DNA from: Deltaproteobacteria bacterium SM23_61
Lineage (GTDB): Bacteria; Desulfobacterota; SM23-61
Assembly: GCA_001304105.1 (NCBI GenBank)
Contig: LJUR01000001.1
Span: 1 to 59,053 of the forward strand
DNA: 59,053 bases
Direction: 5' to 3'
Part shown: positions 57,721-59,053 of the stretch, piece after piece
Layout of the letters: every line of letters begins with the position of its first letter
How positions within the stretch are numbered: position 1 is the first letter of the stretch
Made by a program: the position numbers and the translations under genes
The notes under the pieces: model-generated
The model's input: the letters and a program-made list of their open reading frames with translations, nothing else
Databases searched by the model: none
Told to the model about the DNA's origin: nothing

Positions 57721-59053
57721 ATGCCCAGCGGTCAACCCTTTATCACCCTCGACCGGATTACGGTCCGTTTGCCCAACCGGCTTATCCTGGAAGAGAGCTC
57801 CTGGAAGATGGGGGCGGACGAGCATTGGGCCATTCTCGGGCCGAACGGCTCGGGAAAGACCACGCTGGTCCGCTCCCTGTGGGGAGGCGTTCCGCTGCGC
57901 GGCGGGACGATTCACTTTGATTTTCTCGGCCCGGACTCGCACCCTTCAGAAATCCCCCCCCTGGAAGCCATCGGGTATGTCTCCCTGGAAATGCACCAGC
58001 GGCTGATGGAGCAGGAGGATCTCCAGGAAGAATACCGGGCTTACGCCGAAAAGGAAGGAGAGGGAAGCACCGCCCGGGAGGCGGTTTTTTCGGGAATCCT
58101 GGCCGGCCGGCCTCTCCGGGAGGGGGATGAGGCCCGGCTTTCCGAGGTGGCCCGGCTGGTAAACATATCCCATCTCCTCTCCCGGCCGATTCGTTCTCTT
58201 TCCACGGGAGAAATCCGGAAAATCATCATCGCCCGGGCGCTGATGAAAACTCCCCGCCTCCTCATCCTGGATGAGCCCTTCGAGGGGCTGGACGAAGAGG
58301 AGCGGGACCTGCTGGCCCGGTCCATCAACGGGCTGATGACCGGGCCCATGCGGGTCATCCTGGTGGCCCATCGCCTGGAGGAGATCGTTCCCAATATCAC
58401 CCACGTCCTTTTGGTCAAGGACGGACGCCTGTTTGGCCAGGGCCCCAAGGATGAAATCCTGACCTCGGAAAACCTGAGCCGGCTCTATGGATGCAGCCTC
58501 CGGCTGGGGAAAAACAACGGGACTTATTTCTTGAGTTACGGAGAGGAAAAGGCTTCTCTCCGCGACCTGCCGGCAGAACGCCGGGAAGCTCCATCCGAAG
58601 GTCTGGAAACGCTGATCGAGATGAAGGATACCACGATCCGCTACGACGATCGGGTCGTCCTGGACCGGATCGGCTGGTCCATGAGGCGGGGAGAAAACTG
58701 GGCCGTCCTGGGGCCGAACGGCGCCGGAAAATCGACCCTGGTAAAGCTCATCCTGGGGGAAAACCTTCAGGCCTACGCCAACCCAATCTTTCTGTTCGGC
58801 CGGCCCCGGGGTTCGGGGGAGTCCATCTGGGATATCCGGAAACAAATCGGGGTCGTCTCCGCAGAACTTCAAGTCCAGTACCGAAAGAGGATCAGCGCCT
58901 TCGAGGTCATTGCCTCAGGATTCTACGACTCCATCGGCCTGTACCGGGCCCCCACTCGCGAGCAGGGGGAAGTCGCCGACCTGTGGATCGATTTCCTGGG
59001 CATTAAAGATCTTGCCAAGGAGCCCTTTCTTCAGCTATCCTTCGGACAGAGGA
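57721..59053 (+). CDS. ModF-like duplicated ABC ATPase, truncated by window end (absent from ORF track)
   Basis: Read directly: MPSGQPFI...WAILGPNGSGKTT...LSTGE...LDEPF...WAVLGPNGAGKSTL...SGESIWDIRK..G. Confidence 0.85.
   Translation, partial: MPSGQPFITLDRITVRLPNRLILEESSWKMGADEHWAILGPNGSGKTTLVRSLWGGVPLRGGTIHFDFLGPDSHPSEIPPLEAIGYVSLEMHQRLMEQEDLQEEYRAYAEKEGEGSTAREAVFSGILAGRPLREGDEARLSEVARLVNISHLLSRPIRSLSTGEIRKIIIARALMKTPRLLILDEPFEGLDEEERDLLARSINGLMTGPMRVILVAHRLEEIVPNITHVLLVKDGRLFGQGPKDEILTSENLSRLYGCSLRLGKNNGTYFLSYGEEKASLRDLPAERREAPSEGLETLIEMKDTTIRYDDRVVLDRIGWSMRRGENWAVLGPNGAGKSTLVKLILGENLQAYANPIFLFGRPRGSGESIWDIRKQIGVVSAELQVQYRKRISAFEVIASGFYDSIGLYRAPTREQGEVADLWIDFLGIKDLAKEPFLQLSFGQR

Overview
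A GC-rich bacterial chromosomal segment. Gene order (carD-PIN/TRAM-ispD-ispF-gltX; yicC-gmk-rpoZ-pyrF; DUF465-ilvB-ilvN-ilvC) is typical of Desulfobacterota/'Deltaproteobacteria' (inference). Core and metabolic genes occupy about 1-18.9 kb and 52-59 kb. Between ettA and a DUF493 gene lies a ~33 kb accessory region with five parts. (i) A RAYT-like HUH/Y1 transposase with perfect 15-bp terminal inverted repeats, plus a truncated second copy; together they bracket a damaged ThuA/Gfo-Idh-MocA oxidoreductase pair. (ii) A tightly coupled 10-gene, 15.4 kb minus-strand operon built around a non-housekeeping Hsp70 machine: HPD-less J-like protein, GrpE, Hsp70, pseudokinase-TPR, membrane-anchored TPR protein, small protein, TPR/coiled-coil protein, M48 metallopeptidase, TIR-Ig-beta-propeller protein and a 1259-aa TPR protein. 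This is the best candidate for an undescribed conflict/defence or signalling system. (iii) An AT-richer two-gene module, PfkB-like/AAA/RyR-RyR plus SLOG-2xSLATT, a second candidate defence system. (iv) A candidate pseudoknot and terminator RNA upstream of that module. (v) A 7.6 kb amidase/DUF2848/DUF1445/TRAP cassette bounded by a 33-bp duplication of the DUF493 3' end. Many intergenic regions hold inverted arrays of 7-9 bp tandem repeats, some nested like MITEs. Several genes show lesions (frameshift, 27-bp duplication, fusion junction, GDG->GNG) that could be real or assembly errors. No rRNA, complete tRNA or CRISPR array was seen. All family assignments come from motif recognition by eye, not database searches.
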